Below, piece after piece: positions 33,877 through 43,671 of a stretch of 64,000 nt of DNA. The notes under the pieces were generated by a model. That model was not told the origin of the DNA, ran no database searches, and was given only the letters and a program-made list of their open reading frames with translations. A program made the translations under genes and the position numbers. Position 1 is the stretch's first letter, and each line of letters opens with the position of its first letter. Origin of the DNA: an uncultured Acidimicrobiaceae bacterium (GTDB taxonomy: Bacteria > Actinomycetota > Acidimicrobiia > Spongiisociales > UBA5794). Where the stretch lies: contig CAMYMC010000021.1 in NCBI GenBank assembly GCA_947259365.1, forward strand, positions 135,816 through 199,815, given 5' to 3'.

Positions 33877-34988
33877 CGACGGTGAGCGAGGCCTTCGAGG
33901 CACACAGGAACGACTTCCCGATCCACGGGTTCCACCACATCGAGTTCTGGGTCGGCAACGCGTACCAGACCGCCCACTATTACCGCGCCATCCACGGCTA
34001 CCGCATCGTCGGGTACCGGGGCCCCGAGACCGGCGTCCGGGACACGGCGTCCTACGCCCTCAGCCAGGGCGACGTGCGGCTCATCGTCACGGGCGCCATG
34101 GCCCCGGATCATCCTCTCACCGCGCATCTGGGAGCGCACGGTCCAGGTGTGCGCGACGTCGCGGTCCACGTCCCGGACGCAGATCAGGCCTTCGACGTGG
34201 CGCTCGAGCGCGGAGCAGAGGGCGTCGCCAAGCCGGCCGTGGTCGAGGGCGACCGCGGCATCTGGAAGACGGCGGCCATCGCCGCCTACGGCGACACGGT
34301 CCACAGCCTCGTCGAGGACGAAGCGGGAACGTGGCCGCCTCCCGATTTTCGGCCGCGCCAAGACTCGATCGCCGAGCCGATCGGGCTGGCGAACATCGAC
34401 CACGTCGTTGCCAACGTCGAGCTGGGGGCGATGGACCGCTGGGTCGAGTTCTACGAGCGGGTGTTCGGGTTCGTCCTGTTGCGCCACTTCGACGACGAGG
34501 CCATCTCCACCGAGTACTCGGCGCTCATGTCGAAGGTCGTGTGGGACGGCTCCGGGGTCATCCGCCTGCCGATCAACGAGCCGGCGACCGGCCGCCGCCG
34601 CAGCCAGATCGAGGAATACCTCGAGTTCTACCGGGGACCCGGCGTCCAGCACATCGCCATCGCCACCGACGATCTCGTCTCGACGGTCGCCCGGGCGCGA
34701 CGGCGCGGAATGGGTCTCATGCGGGTGCCCGACACCTACTACGACGATATCGCCGACAGAGTCCCCGATCTCGACGCCGACGTCGACACGTTGCGAAGGC
34801 TCAACATCCTCGTCGACCGGGACGAGGGCGGGCATCTCCTCCAGATCTTCACGAGGATGATGCAGGACCGGCCGACGTTCTTCTACGAGTTCATCGAGCG
34901 GCGCGGCGCCGTCGGCTTCGGCGAGGGCAACTTCAAGGCGCTCTTCGAGGCGATCGAGCGCGACCAGATGGAGCGGGGCAACCTCTGA
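33873..34988 (+). CDS. hppD: 4-hydroxyphenylpyruvate dioxygenase
   Basis: 371 aa with FHHIEFWVGNA, IDHVVANVELG, GVQHIAIATDD, LLQIFT and FFEFIERRG-like FYEFIERRGAVGFGEGNFKALFEAIE. ATGA overlap with fahA. Confidence 0.92.
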   Translation: MTTVSEAFEAHRNDFPIHGFHHIEFWVGNAYQTAHYYRAIHGYRIVGYRGPETGVRDTASYALSQGDVRLIVTGAMAPDHPLTAHLGAHGPGVRDVAVHVPDADQAFDVALERGAEGVAKPAVVEGDRGIWKTAAIAAYGDTVHSLVEDEAGTWPPPDFRPRQDSIAEPIGLANIDHVVANVELGAMDRWVEFYERVFGFVLLRHFDDEAISTEYSALMSKVVWDGSGVIRLPINEPATGRRRSQIEEYLEFYRGPGVQHIAIATDDLVSTVARARRRGMGLMRVPDTYYDDIADRVPDLDADVDTLRRLNILVDRDEGGHLLQIFTRMMQDRPTFFYEFIERRGAVGFGEGNFKALFEAIERDQMERGNL

Positions 34989-35095
34989 GCCGCCCGTGCC
35001 GGCTCCGCAGCGGAGGCGGCCGCGTCGAACGCAGCCCCGGCCGTCGCCGGCCACGGCTGCTGGTCGCGCCGGCCGGCCGGTGCCATCATCGGAGG

Positions 35096-36001
35096 ATGCC
35101 GCTACCGCGTCGCGTCACCATCGTCGAGGTCGGTGCCCGGGACGGCCTCCAGAACGAGGACGTCATCGTCTCCACCGACGACAAGGTGGAGCTCATCCGC
35201 CGGCTCGTCGCCGCCGGCATCACCAGGATCGAGACGGCGTCCTTCGTCCATCCCGGCAGAGTGCCGCAGATGGCCGACGCCGAGGCGGTCATGGAGGTGC
35301 TCGGCCCGAGCCCGGAGGGGGTGTCCTACACAGGGCTGGTCCTCAACCGGCGCGGCCTCGACCGGGCGCTCGCCACCCCGGTGAACGAGGTCAACCTCGT
35401 CGTCGCGGCGACCGAGGGCTTCAGCGTCGCCAACCAGGGCGCGGCGGTGTCCACCGTGATGGCATCGATCGGGGAGATGGTCGCCGCGGCACAGGCGGCC
35501 GGGCTCGCCGCCACGGTGACGATCTCGGTTGCCTTCGGGTGCCCCTACGAGGGGGAGGTCGAGCCGGGCGTCGTGGCGGACCTCGCCGCCCGCATCGGTG
35601 CCGCCGGCGCCGACGAGATCGCCCTCGGGGACACGATCGGCGTCGCCGTTCCCCCCGACGTGACGACGCGCCTGGCCCTGGTGCGTGACGCGGTCGGCGA
35701 CACCGGTCTCCGCGTTCATTTCCACGACACCCGGAACACCGGCATTGCCAACGTCCACGCCGCCCTCGCCGCCGGGGTCTCCGTCGTCGATGCTTCCGTC
35801 GGCGGTGCCGGTGGTTGTCCGTTCGCACCCAATGCGACCGGGAACGTGCCGACAGAGGACGTGCTCTACATGCTGGAGAGGTCCGGCATCGAGACCGGCG
35901 TCGACCTCGACGCCGTGACGGAGACGGGGCGCTGGCTGGCACGGCTGCTGGAGAAGGAGCTCCCTTCCGCCATCGCCCGCGCCGGTGTGTTTCCCGGATG
36001 A
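35096..36001 (+). CDS. hydroxymethylglutaryl-CoA lyase
   Basis: Sequence includes VTIVEVGARDGLQNE, HFHDTRNTGIANVHAAL, GGCPFAPNATGNVPTEDV. The ATG comes immediately after GGAGG, an atypically short spacing. Confidence 0.85.
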   Translation: MPLPRRVTIVEVGARDGLQNEDVIVSTDDKVELIRRLVAAGITRIETASFVHPGRVPQMADAEAVMEVLGPSPEGVSYTGLVLNRRGLDRALATPVNEVNLVVAATEGFSVANQGAAVSTVMASIGEMVAAAQAAGLAATVTISVAFGCPYEGEVEPGVVADLAARIGAAGADEIALGDTIGVAVPPDVTTRLALVRDAVGDTGLRVHFHDTRNTGIANVHAALAAGVSVVDASVGGAGGCPFAPNATGNVPTEDVLYMLERSGIETGVDLDAVTETGRWLARLLEKELPSAIARAGVFPG

Positions 36002-36218
36002 CCGGCCGCCGACGGGCCGACGGCACCGGGTGCGCTCACGTGGTCTCGCCGTGGAACCTGGCTTGGGGGGCCACCATCACGTAGACCATCGCCGCGGCGG
36101 CGGCCGGTTGGGACCGACGCGAGGCAGATGGCCACCGTCCCGAGACGGCATCGCGAGCGGCGCCTGCGCCGCAGCCGAGGTGTCGGACTGGCCCCGGGAT
36201 GCGTCTAACCTCGAACGG

Positions 36219-37067
36219 GTGCCGCTACCCATCTCGTTCCTCTCCGATTTCGGCAGAAGCGACGAGTTCGTGGGCGTCGTTCATGGAGTCGTTGCCCGGA
36301 TCGCGCCCGACGTCACCGTCATCGACGTCGGCCACGATTTCCCCCGCGGCGACATCAGGGCGGGCGCGCTCGCCCTCCTGCGTGCCATCCAGTACCTCCC
36401 CCAGGGCGTTGCCCTCGCGGTGGTGGATCCCGGTGTCGGCACCGGGAGGAGAGCCATCGCAGCGGCAACCGAGTGGGGGATCTTCGTCGGCCCGGACAAC
36501 GGGCTCCTCGCCCCGGCGGTTGCGATGGTCGGTGGAGCGGATGCGATCGTGTCGATCGAGAACCCCGAGCTCCGGCTGCCCGTCGAAGGCGCCACCTTCG
36601 ACGGGCGCGATCTGTTCGCTCCGGCGGCGGCCGTTCTCGCCTCCGGTCAGGCAGGCATCGAGGAGCTGGGGCCGCCGGTCGATCCCGACAACGTCACGCC
36701 GCTCGTCCTGCCGCTCGTCGAGCACGAGGGCAGCGAGGTTCAGGGCGTGGTGCTCTGGATCGACCACTTCGGCAACGCCCAGACGAACATCACACCTCAA
36801 GACCTCGAGCACGCCGGAGCCGCTCCGGGCGACGAACTCGAGCTCGGCATCGGGGCGGTGAAGCACCGGCTGCGGTGGGCGACAGCCTACGGCGAGGTCG
36901 AGGAGGGGGAGGGCCTCGTGCACGTCGACTCGTACGGGCAGGTGGCGATCGCCGTCCGCGGGGATCGGGCAGATGACATGTTTGGGCTTGCTGAAAGGCG
37001 AGGCATTAGCCTTCGCCGCGGATGGGGGACCCGGCTCGAAGTTCAGAGCACGGCGTCGGCCAAGTAG
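36219..37067 (+). CDS. SAM hydrolase / SAM-dependent halogenase family protein (DUF62)
   Basis: Sequence includes ISFLSDFGRSDEFVGVVHGV, VVDPGVGT, GPDNGLL and IDHFGNAQTNI. The GTG start was inferred. Confidence 0.78.
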   Translation: MPLPISFLSDFGRSDEFVGVVHGVVARIAPDVTVIDVGHDFPRGDIRAGALALLRAIQYLPQGVALAVVDPGVGTGRRAIAAATEWGIFVGPDNGLLAPAVAMVGGADAIVSIENPELRLPVEGATFDGRDLFAPAAAVLASGQAGIEELGPPVDPDNVTPLVLPLVEHEGSEVQGVVLWIDHFGNAQTNITPQDLEHAGAAPGDELELGIGAVKHRLRWATAYGEVEEGEGLVHVDSYGQVAIAVRGDRADDMFGLAERRGISLRRGWGTRLEVQSTASAK

Positions 37068-37171
37068 AGCTGCCAGAGGAAGGCGCCAACGATGAGGACG
37101 AGTAGGGCGAGGACGACGAGGGCTGTCACCGGGCGCATGGGGATCCCGACCATAGTGAGCGATGGGGCTTC

Positions 37172-37459
37172 GTGGTGAACGGCCCGATCCTGCGGTTCGT
37201 CACCAGGGAACGCTGCCACATCTGTGAGGAATCCGCAGCGCGGGTTCGGGCGGCGGCGAGGCGGCTCGGCGTCCACGTCCTCGAGGTCGACGTCGACGGC
37301 GACGAGCACCTCCAGGCCGCGTTCGGCGGCCGAGTGCCGGTTGTCCTCAACGCGAGGGACCGGGTGCTCGCCGAGGGCCGCATCGGCACGGGCGCGGCGT
37401 GGCGGGCGGCGTTGCGGGCCAGGGTCGGCGGACGGGGCCGCTTCATGCCCGCCAGCTGA
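37172..37459 (+). CDS. glutaredoxin-like (thioredoxin-fold, CxxC) protein
   Basis: 95 aa. Sequence is LRFVTRERCHICEESAARVRAAARRLGVHVLEVDVDGDEHLQAAFGGRVPVV. It sits just upstream of rex. Confidence 0.7.
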   Translation: MVNGPILRFVTRERCHICEESAARVRAAARRLGVHVLEVDVDGDEHLQAAFGGRVPVVLNARDRVLAEGRIGTGAAWRAALRARVGGRGRFMPAS

Positions 37460-37494
37460 AGTGCTCCGCGGGGTGTCTATCCTCCCGGCGTGAG

Positions 37495-38121
37495 ATGAAC
37501 AGGTCGATTCCAGCGGCGACAGTGAGCCGGCTGCCGATCTATCTGCGGTCCCTGAACGATCTGCCGTCGGGTCAGTCGACGTGCTCCTCAGAGGATCTCG
37601 CCGAGATCGCCGGCGTCAACTCGGCGCAGGTGCGCAAGGACCTCTCGTACCTCGGCTCCCCCGGCGTCCGCGGAGTCGGCTACCACGTCGCCGATCTCCG
37701 TGAGGTACTCCGCCAGGCCCTAGGGCTCACCCAGGGGTACGCGGTCGTCATCGTCGGTGCCGGTCACCTCGGCACGGCACTCGGCAACTACGGCGGGTTC
37801 GAGGCGTGGGGCTTCTCCGTCGTTGCGGTCCTCGACGCCGACGTGGAGAAGGTGGGGACGATGGTCGGCGGACGGGCCGTCGAGGCCATGGAGCGCCTCG
37901 AGGAGATCGTGGCGGCGAGGGAGGTCTCCATCGGGATCATCGCCACGCCGATGGAGGCGGCCCAGGAGATCGCGGAGCGGCTCACGGCAGCGGGGGTTCG
38001 GTCCATCCTCAACTTCGCCCCGACGGTTCTGCGGGTCGCCCCCGGTATCGAGGTGCGGCGCGTGGACCTGTCGACAGAGCTTCAGATCCTGACGTTCCAC
38101 CTCCAGGCGTCCGGCGCCTGA
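37495..38121 (+). CDS. rex: redox-sensing transcriptional repressor Rex
   Basis: Sequence includes ATVSRLPIYLRSL, SSEDLAEIAGVNSAQVRKDLSYLG, GVGYHV, the Rossmann motif VVIVGAGHLG and ILNFAP. Confidence 0.9.
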   Translation: MNRSIPAATVSRLPIYLRSLNDLPSGQSTCSSEDLAEIAGVNSAQVRKDLSYLGSPGVRGVGYHVADLREVLRQALGLTQGYAVVIVGAGHLGTALGNYGGFEAWGFSVVAVLDADVEKVGTMVGGRAVEAMERLEEIVAAREVSIGIIATPMEAAQEIAERLTAAGVRSILNFAPTVLRVAPGIEVRRVDLSTELQILTFHLQASGA

Positions 38122-38129
38122 CGAGGCCG

Positions 38130-38663
38130 TCAGTCCTCGCGGTCCTTCTCGTACCGGTCGAGAGCGACGACGAAGATCATGAAGAGTATGAACGACGCCA
38201 GGGTCATGGCGATGGCGGGAATCCGGATCTGGAAGGCGTTGAGGCCCTCCAGGTTGGCCGGCCGGACGCCGCGGGGCGCGTAGATGACGAAGAGGAGGCT
38301 GCCGATGACGAGCCAGCCAAACGTCGCGGCGCCGGTGATGAGGATCGCGAGCCGGGATCCGACGTTGGTAGAGAGGACGAGCCATACGGTGCCGACGAAG
38401 GCACCGACCGAGACCACGGTGATGAGGATCCCCTTCGTCGCGACCGAGAACGTCTCCGTCTCACCGGCGGCGTTCTTCCGGTTGAAGATGCCGTCGTAGG
38501 CGTCGGCGACGATGCCGCGCAGCGGCGGGATGAACGCGATGATCGACACGACGATGAGCGCAACGCCGAGCCACTCCAGTTTGCTGAGGCCGCGTTCGTC
38601 GTGTCGCAGTGGGATCGACCGGCGATCCCGCCGGCTACGCCCTCGGCGTGGTGGTGTGGTCAC
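38130..38663 (-). CDS. hypothetical membrane protein, last gene of the bc-type operon
   Basis: 177 aa with about 4 TM helices. Its start overlaps the cytochrome c stop by 4 nt. Confidence 0.65.
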   Translation of the reverse strand: MTTPPRRGRSRRDRRSIPLRHDERGLSKLEWLGVALIVVSIIAFIPPLRGIVADAYDGIFNRKNAAGETETFSVATKGILITVVSVGAFVGTVWLVLSTNVGSRLAILITGAATFGWLVIGSLLFVIYAPRGVRPANLEGLNAFQIRIPAIAMTLASFILFMIFVVALDRYEKDRED

Positions 38664-40363
38664 AGCGTCCTCTCGTAGGCGACGATCAACTCGATGTCCT
38701 CGAGGCTGAGGACCTGTCCGAACCCCGGCATCCGTCCGCTGCCGAGACCGTTCACGCCGTAGCTGGCGCCGAACTCGCTACCCCGGATGATGAACGAGAT
38801 CTGATCCTCCTCGACGGGGAATTGGACGACGGACCGTCCGTCCCGCAGCGCCGGACCCCACGCCCCCGACCCGGCGCCTTGCTCGAACGCCACCCCGGCG
38901 CTGTATCCGGCGGTGTGGCAGCGGGCGCAGTAGCCGTTGAAGAGACCGACGGCGCGCTCGGCCTGTGCGGCGTTGACGGCCATGCGGGTGGCGAGCCCGC
39001 TGTAGTCGGCCGTGGTCGCCGTCGTCCCGTCCTCGGCCTCGGCGCTGGTGACCGTCACCCCGTCGGGGATCCACCGCTGGGCAGCGGCCGCGTCCTCGAG
39101 GAAGCGAGTGCCGAGATCGACTGTCTCGAGGAACCGGTCCTGGCGCTCGGTGATCACCGTGAGGGTGAGGATGTCGCTGTCGAGGTGGCCGAGGAACGTC
39201 TCGAGTTCGTCGAGGTCGGCGATCGCGGTGCCGGTGACATCGCTGTTGGTGAACGCCGAGGATGCGTCGAACGAGATGTCGTAGAAGTCGCTCGGCGTCG
39301 CCACGGTCTCGCCTTGGGGCGACACGGTCCTCGTCGTGATCGTGGCGAAGGCCTCTGCGGCGATCCCAGTGAGGACGTCCTCGGCCTCGTCGGCGATGCC
39401 GTCGCGGTCTCGGTCGACACCCTCGATGCCGCACGTCGTCCCGGCGAGCGCCGCCGACTCGTCGGTGCATGCACCGTCGCGGGAGATGAGCAGGCGCACC
39501 GCTTCGTTGAGCTTGAGCTGGGGGTTGGCCGCCGTCTCGGTCGCGAAGGCGCCCGAGTCGGCGAGAAAGCGCGCCTGGTTCTCGAGCTTGGACGGAGCGT
39601 CGAGCACGTCGTCGGTGCGCGCCTGTTGCTCGAGGAGAAGGCGAGCGACGGCCGCGTCGCCGCCGACGATCCTTCCGAGAGCCTGGCCGACCGTGTCCTC
39701 GATCTTCGACAGCGTCTCTCCCTGGGTGATCTGGAAGTTCTCGATGAAGGCGATGACCTGGTCGATCTCCTGGCTGGTCATGGCGCCCCCGCCCTCGAGC
39801 CCGGCGGGTGCCATGGGCGTTCCGGCCCGGCCGTTGACGATGACCTGGCGGATCTCCTCCTCCGAGTACCTGAAGTAGACGTCGTTGAGGCTGGGCGCCG
39901 CCCAGGCGACGTCGATGCCCGAGCGCTTCTCGACGAACGGAGCCCCGCCGCCGGCGCCCACCGGTCCGTGGCACTCGGTGCACACGAACTTCTCCCACCA
40001 CCGCTCGCCTTCTTCGATGTCCTTCTCGTGGATCGCCTCCGCCGCCTTCGCCTGCCGGTTCGACTCGTTGACGTAGTAGACGGGCAGGACGATGGCGAGC
40101 ACGGCAGCGGCGACGACGGCAGCGCCGAGGACCCGGGTGATCCTGTTGACCTCGAGTTCGTCGTCCGAGAGGTAGGGCTGGAGGTTCTTCGGCGTCTCCT
40201 CCGGCTTGGCCCTCCTCGTCCAACTCGCGACCAGGAGGTATCCCATCCAGGCCAGGAACGCCGCCACCGCCACCGTCAGCACGACGGCACCGAGACCGAC
40301 GTTGCTCGGTCCGGCCGGCTCGCTCTCGGAGACGGCCAGGATGATGGGGAGGGCGAGCGTCAT
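38660..40363 (-). CDS. qcrC: membrane-anchored diheme cytochrome c (QcrC-like) with a large inter-domain insertion
   Basis: 567 aa with two N-terminal TM helices. Heme motifs are CTECH (aa 128) and CARCH (aa 479). C-terminal GSGRMPGFG. Confidence 0.8.
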   Translation of the reverse strand: MTLALPIILAVSESEPAGPSNVGLGAVVLTVAVAAFLAWMGYLLVASWTRRAKPEETPKNLQPYLSDDELEVNRITRVLGAAVVAAAVLAIVLPVYYVNESNRQAKAAEAIHEKDIEEGERWWEKFVCTECHGPVGAGGGAPFVEKRSGIDVAWAAPSLNDVYFRYSEEEIRQVIVNGRAGTPMAPAGLEGGGAMTSQEIDQVIAFIENFQITQGETLSKIEDTVGQALGRIVGGDAAVARLLLEQQARTDDVLDAPSKLENQARFLADSGAFATETAANPQLKLNEAVRLLISRDGACTDESAALAGTTCGIEGVDRDRDGIADEAEDVLTGIAAEAFATITTRTVSPQGETVATPSDFYDISFDASSAFTNSDVTGTAIADLDELETFLGHLDSDILTLTVITERQDRFLETVDLGTRFLEDAAAAQRWIPDGVTVTSAEAEDGTTATTADYSGLATRMAVNAAQAERAVGLFNGYCARCHTAGYSAGVAFEQGAGSGAWGPALRDGRSVVQFPVEEDQISFIIRGSEFGASYGVNGLGSGRMPGFGQVLSLEDIELIVAYERTL

Positions 40364-40367
40364 CGGA

Positions 40368-41282
40368 TCAGATGCAGGAGGGACCCTGGGGGTATGGGAT
40401 CGTCTTCTTCTTGGCGCGCGCCGTCTGGAAGATCGCTCCCGTGTTGACGATGAGATCGCCGGTCTCGCTCACGTCGACCTCGAAACGGTCGAGGTTGCGC
40501 GGCGCCGGCCCCGCCTCGTATTCGCCGTGGAAGTTGTACCGCGATCCGTGGCACGGGCACTCGAAACCCTGGCTCGGCACGCACTCGGGCACGCGGCAGC
40601 CGAGGTGGACGCATCGCTGCCACAGCGCCATGAGCCCGACCTCGCCGCCCCCGCCGCCGGCGACGACGGGGAGGCCCTCGAAGGAGCTGCCTGGCAGCTG
40701 GGTGGGGTCGAAGGGGACGATCCACGCCTGAGCGGCCGCCACGAACTTCGGCACGATGACCTCGCCGGAGATCTCACGCCGGATGTCGACGAGGGTGCCG
40801 GCGTTGATCGGCGTTCCGAACCCTCCCCGCAGCTTCGGCCACAGGAAGGCGAGATAGGCGAGGGCCTGCCCGCCGAGAAAGGCACCGCCGAAGAGGCCGA
40901 GCACGGCCCGGTTGAGGAACTTCCGGCGGGTGGCTGCGTACTCCGCGCGGCTGATCTCCTCTCGCTCGAGGAGTGGATCGGGACCTGGCGGAGGAGCCGC
41001 GTCGGCTGGCGCCGGGGCGAGGTCGTCCGGCGCAGCCACGACCTCTGCGTCGGGTGCGGTGTCCTCGTCCTCGCGCACGAGCGTTGCCACCGTCCCGGTG
41101 TCGCCGCCGCCCGCTTCGGCGGCGCGACGGGCCTCAGCTTCGCCGCGGCGCGCTGCCTCCTCGAGGTCGCCGGTGATCGGCCCCGCCGACGGCTCGCGCC
41201 GGGCGGCGACGACGAACACGCCCGCGGAGGCGAGGACCGCGGCGGCGATGATGCCGATGACGAAGATGGTGGTTGGGCTCAT
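40368..41282 (-). CDS. qcrA: Rieske [2Fe-2S] subunit of cytochrome bc-type complex
   Basis: Cluster ligand boxes CVHLGCRV and CPCHGSRY, with an N-terminal TM. The ATG shares 1 nt with the upstream stop (TGATG). Confidence 0.9.
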   Translation of the reverse strand: MSPTTIFVIGIIAAAVLASAGVFVVAARREPSAGPITGDLEEAARRGEAEARRAAEAGGGDTGTVATLVREDEDTAPDAEVVAAPDDLAPAPADAAPPPGPDPLLEREEISRAEYAATRRKFLNRAVLGLFGGAFLGGQALAYLAFLWPKLRGGFGTPINAGTLVDIRREISGEVIVPKFVAAAQAWIVPFDPTQLPGSSFEGLPVVAGGGGGEVGLMALWQRCVHLGCRVPECVPSQGFECPCHGSRYNFHGEYEAGPAPRNLDRFEVDVSETGDLIVNTGAIFQTARAKKKTIPYPQGPSCI

Positions 41283-42355
41283 CAGAAGTCGAAGAAGACG
41301 CCGTCGATCCAGGGATACGTGAAGTTGAAGCCGGGTCCCCGGAAGAACGACCCGTAGATGGTCAGGATGGCCGAGGCGAAGAGGAAGAAGCTGAAGATCA
41401 TGATGGCGAGCTTGCGATCGGACGGTCGCACGGAGGGGTTCCGGTCGATATAGGGGATGATGGCGAGCCCGGCGAGGCCGAGACCGGGGATGGTGACGCC
41501 GGCGACCTGGGGGTCGAAGTACGACAGCATCTCCTGGAGACCGAGGAAGTACCAGGGCGCCTTCGAGGGATTGGGCTGGTCGTTGAAGTTGGCGAACTCG
41601 AGGAGCGGGGCATCGACGAAAGCGGAGAAGACGACGAGCAGGGCTGTGCACGCCATGAGCGCGACGAACTCGATGGCGAGGAGATGCGGCCAGACGTTGA
41701 CCTTGTCGTGCGGCTCGGCCTTCACCTGCTGGATCGCCCCCGCCTTGACGACGGTGAGGAGCCGCTGGGTCCGGACCCCTTCTGGGATGACCGGCGCCGC
41801 CGCCGGTGCGGCCGCCGCCGGTGCTGCCCCCGGTGTCGCGGCTGCGGGTGCCGCCGCCGGCGCGCCCTCGCCGGTGAACGCGGGTGCGGCGATGCCGTCG
41901 TGGCGTGCCCTGGCAACCGCCGCCCGCCGGAGCAGATCGACCGGGACTCCGTACGTGGCCGATTCCGCCTGCAGGTCCCGCGATGGCTCGCCGGCCGGTG
42001 CCGCCGCGGCGACCGGCGCGCCGGCCTCGGCGACGGGCGCGGGCTCTGGGGCCGGTGCCGCCGGCGGCGGCGCTGCCGCCGGTGCCGGCTCGCCCTTCAT
42101 CTCGGCAAGGACCTCTTCGACGTCGCGCCCCTCGGCCTTGGCTCTCGCCTCGGCCGACCGGCGCAGGATGCTCTCGGGAAGGCCGGCCGTCTCCGCCGGT
42201 GCGGGTGGGGTTTCGGCGGCCGCTGGCTCCTCCGCGCGGGGCTCCGGTGGCGACTCTCCTTTGAGCTCGGCGAGCACCTCTTCGACATCGCGGCCTTCCG
42301 CTTTGGCTCTCGCCTCGGCCGTCCTGCGCAGGATGTGCTCCGGTATTTCCGCCAC
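41282..42355 (-). CDS. cytochrome b C-terminal / subunit IV (PetD-like) protein with repeat-containing N-terminal extension
   Basis: The C-terminal ~140 aa include WPHLLAIEFV...NPSKAPWYFLGLQEMLSYF (the PEWYF-type motif). The N-terminal ~215 aa carry three copies of an (I/L/V)P..(I/L)LRR.A.ARA module. GTG start is 4 nt after AGGAG. Confidence 0.8.
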   Translation of the reverse strand: MAEIPEHILRRTAEARAKAEGRDVEEVLAELKGESPPEPRAEEPAAAETPPAPAETAGLPESILRRSAEARAKAEGRDVEEVLAEMKGEPAPAAAPPPAAPAPEPAPVAEAGAPVAAAAPAGEPSRDLQAESATYGVPVDLLRRAAVARARHDGIAAPAFTGEGAPAAAPAAATPGAAPAAAAPAAAPVIPEGVRTQRLLTVVKAGAIQQVKAEPHDKVNVWPHLLAIEFVALMACTALLVVFSAFVDAPLLEFANFNDQPNPSKAPWYFLGLQEMLSYFDPQVAGVTIPGLGLAGLAIIPYIDRNPSVRPSDRKLAIMIFSFFLFASAILTIYGSFFRGPGFNFTYPWIDGVFFDF

Positions 42356-42363
42356 GGTGCTCC

Positions 42364-43146
42364 TCAGAGTGGTCCGGAGATGCCGCCGTCCTTGCGGACT
42401 CTCCAGAAGTGGACGGCCATGAACACGACGATGATGAACGGCAGGAAGAGGACGTGCAGGACGTACCACCTCAATAACGTGTCGGGCGTGATCTGGACGC
42501 CTCCAATGAGGGTGAAGGTCACCTGATCCCCGAACACAGGGACGTACGCGGCCATGTTCGACCCGACCGTCACCGCCCAGATGGCGAGCTGGTCCCAGGG
42601 GAGCAAGTAGCCGGTGAACGACAGCAGGAGCGTCAGCAGCAACAGGATGACCCCGACCATCCAGTTGAACTCCCGGGGAGGCTTGTAGGCCCCGTGGTAG
42701 AAGACCCGCGCCATGTGGAGGAACACCGTGAGGACCATGGCATGGGCGCCCCACCGGTGCATGTTGCGCACGATCTGGCCAAAGGCGACGTCGGTCGAGA
42801 GCGCCTGGATGTCGATGTACGCCGCCGGGGACGTCGGGCGGTAGTAGAACATCAGGAAGATGCCCGTGATCGTGAGCAGGATGAAGAGGAAGAAGCTCAG
42901 CCCACCGAGACACAGCGTGTACGAGAGGCGCACACCGTGGCGCTTCACCTTCACCGGGTGGAGGTGGTACAGCACGTTGTTCATGATGACGTAGGAGCGG
43001 TTCCTCGGGCTGTCGGAGTAACCGGCGCGGAACGGGGAGCCGGGCCGGAAGATGCTCGACCACACCTGGCTCTGGCGGACGTGGTCCGCCGCGTCGGACA
43101 GGCGGTCCCGCAACCCGGGTCTGCCGTTACCCGTGCCGTTCGCCAC
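42364..43146 (-). CDS. qcrB: cytochrome b6-type (N-terminal four-helix, diheme) subunit
   Basis: 260 aa. Sequence includes [47 protein letters not shown] and LHVLFLP. Confidence 0.9.
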   Translation of the reverse strand: MANGTGNGRPGLRDRLSDAADHVRQSQVWSSIFRPGSPFRAGYSDSPRNRSYVIMNNVLYHLHPVKVKRHGVRLSYTLCLGGLSFFLFILLTITGIFLMFYYRPTSPAAYIDIQALSTDVAFGQIVRNMHRWGAHAMVLTVFLHMARVFYHGAYKPPREFNWMVGVILLLLTLLLSFTGYLLPWDQLAIWAVTVGSNMAAYVPVFGDQVTFTLIGGVQITPDTLLRWYVLHVLFLPFIIVVFMAVHFWRVRKDGGISGPL

Positions 43147-43221
43147 TCGATGCTCCTCGTCCTGTCGGGCCCTCGGCCCCCGGTGCGGCGTGCAGCGTAT
43201 CCGACCGAGCGGCTTCGAGCA

Positions 43222-43668
43222 TCACCATCTCATCCCGTATGAGTATCCGTTCTTGAAATCGCGCTGGCCGGTGTTGAACTCCCACGGCGACAGGTCGTAC
43301 TCCGAGGTCTGGTCGGACACCGATCCGGCGAACTTGCCGAGGGTGATGACCCCGGTCGGGCAGCGGTCGATGCAGAGCGCGCACCTCGTGCACTCGTCCT
43401 CGTCGACGAGGAAGAAGCCCATGTTCTCCGTCTTGTCCGCCGGGTTCTCGACGTTCGCCGCCTCCGCGATCGCGTCGAGAGAGAGGTAATGGATGCACTT
43501 CCAGGGGCAGATGTCGACGCACCCCTCACAGAGGATGCACTCCGACTGGTCGATGTGGAGGAACTGCTTCGGCTTGACCGCGGCCCTGAGGTACTCGTCG
43601 TCGACCGCGGCCAGCTGGTAGTCGTCGCGGATCGGTGGCGTCTCGAACCAGACGTCGGTCTTCGCCAT
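43222..43668 (-). CDS. 2x[4Fe-4S] ferredoxin-type protein encoded within the bc-type operon
   Basis: 148 aa with two CxxCxxCxxxCP motifs: CILCEGCVDICP and CTRCALCIDRCP. Confidence 0.85.
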   Translation of the reverse strand: MAKTDVWFETPPIRDDYQLAAVDDEYLRAAVKPKQFLHIDQSECILCEGCVDICPWKCIHYLSLDAIAEAANVENPADKTENMGFFLVDEDECTRCALCIDRCPTGVITLGKFAGSVSDQTSEYDLSPWEFNTGQRDFKNGYSYGMRW

Positions 43669-43671
43669 CGC

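Noticed and set aside
37043-37138. 31-aa hydrophobic minus-strand ORF (MRPVTALVVLALLVLIVGAFLWQLYLADAVL) overlapping the 3' end of the SAM-hydrolase gene
   Set aside because: It is too short to support from sequence alone and has no visible RBS. It might be a real small membrane peptide but is unverifiable here.
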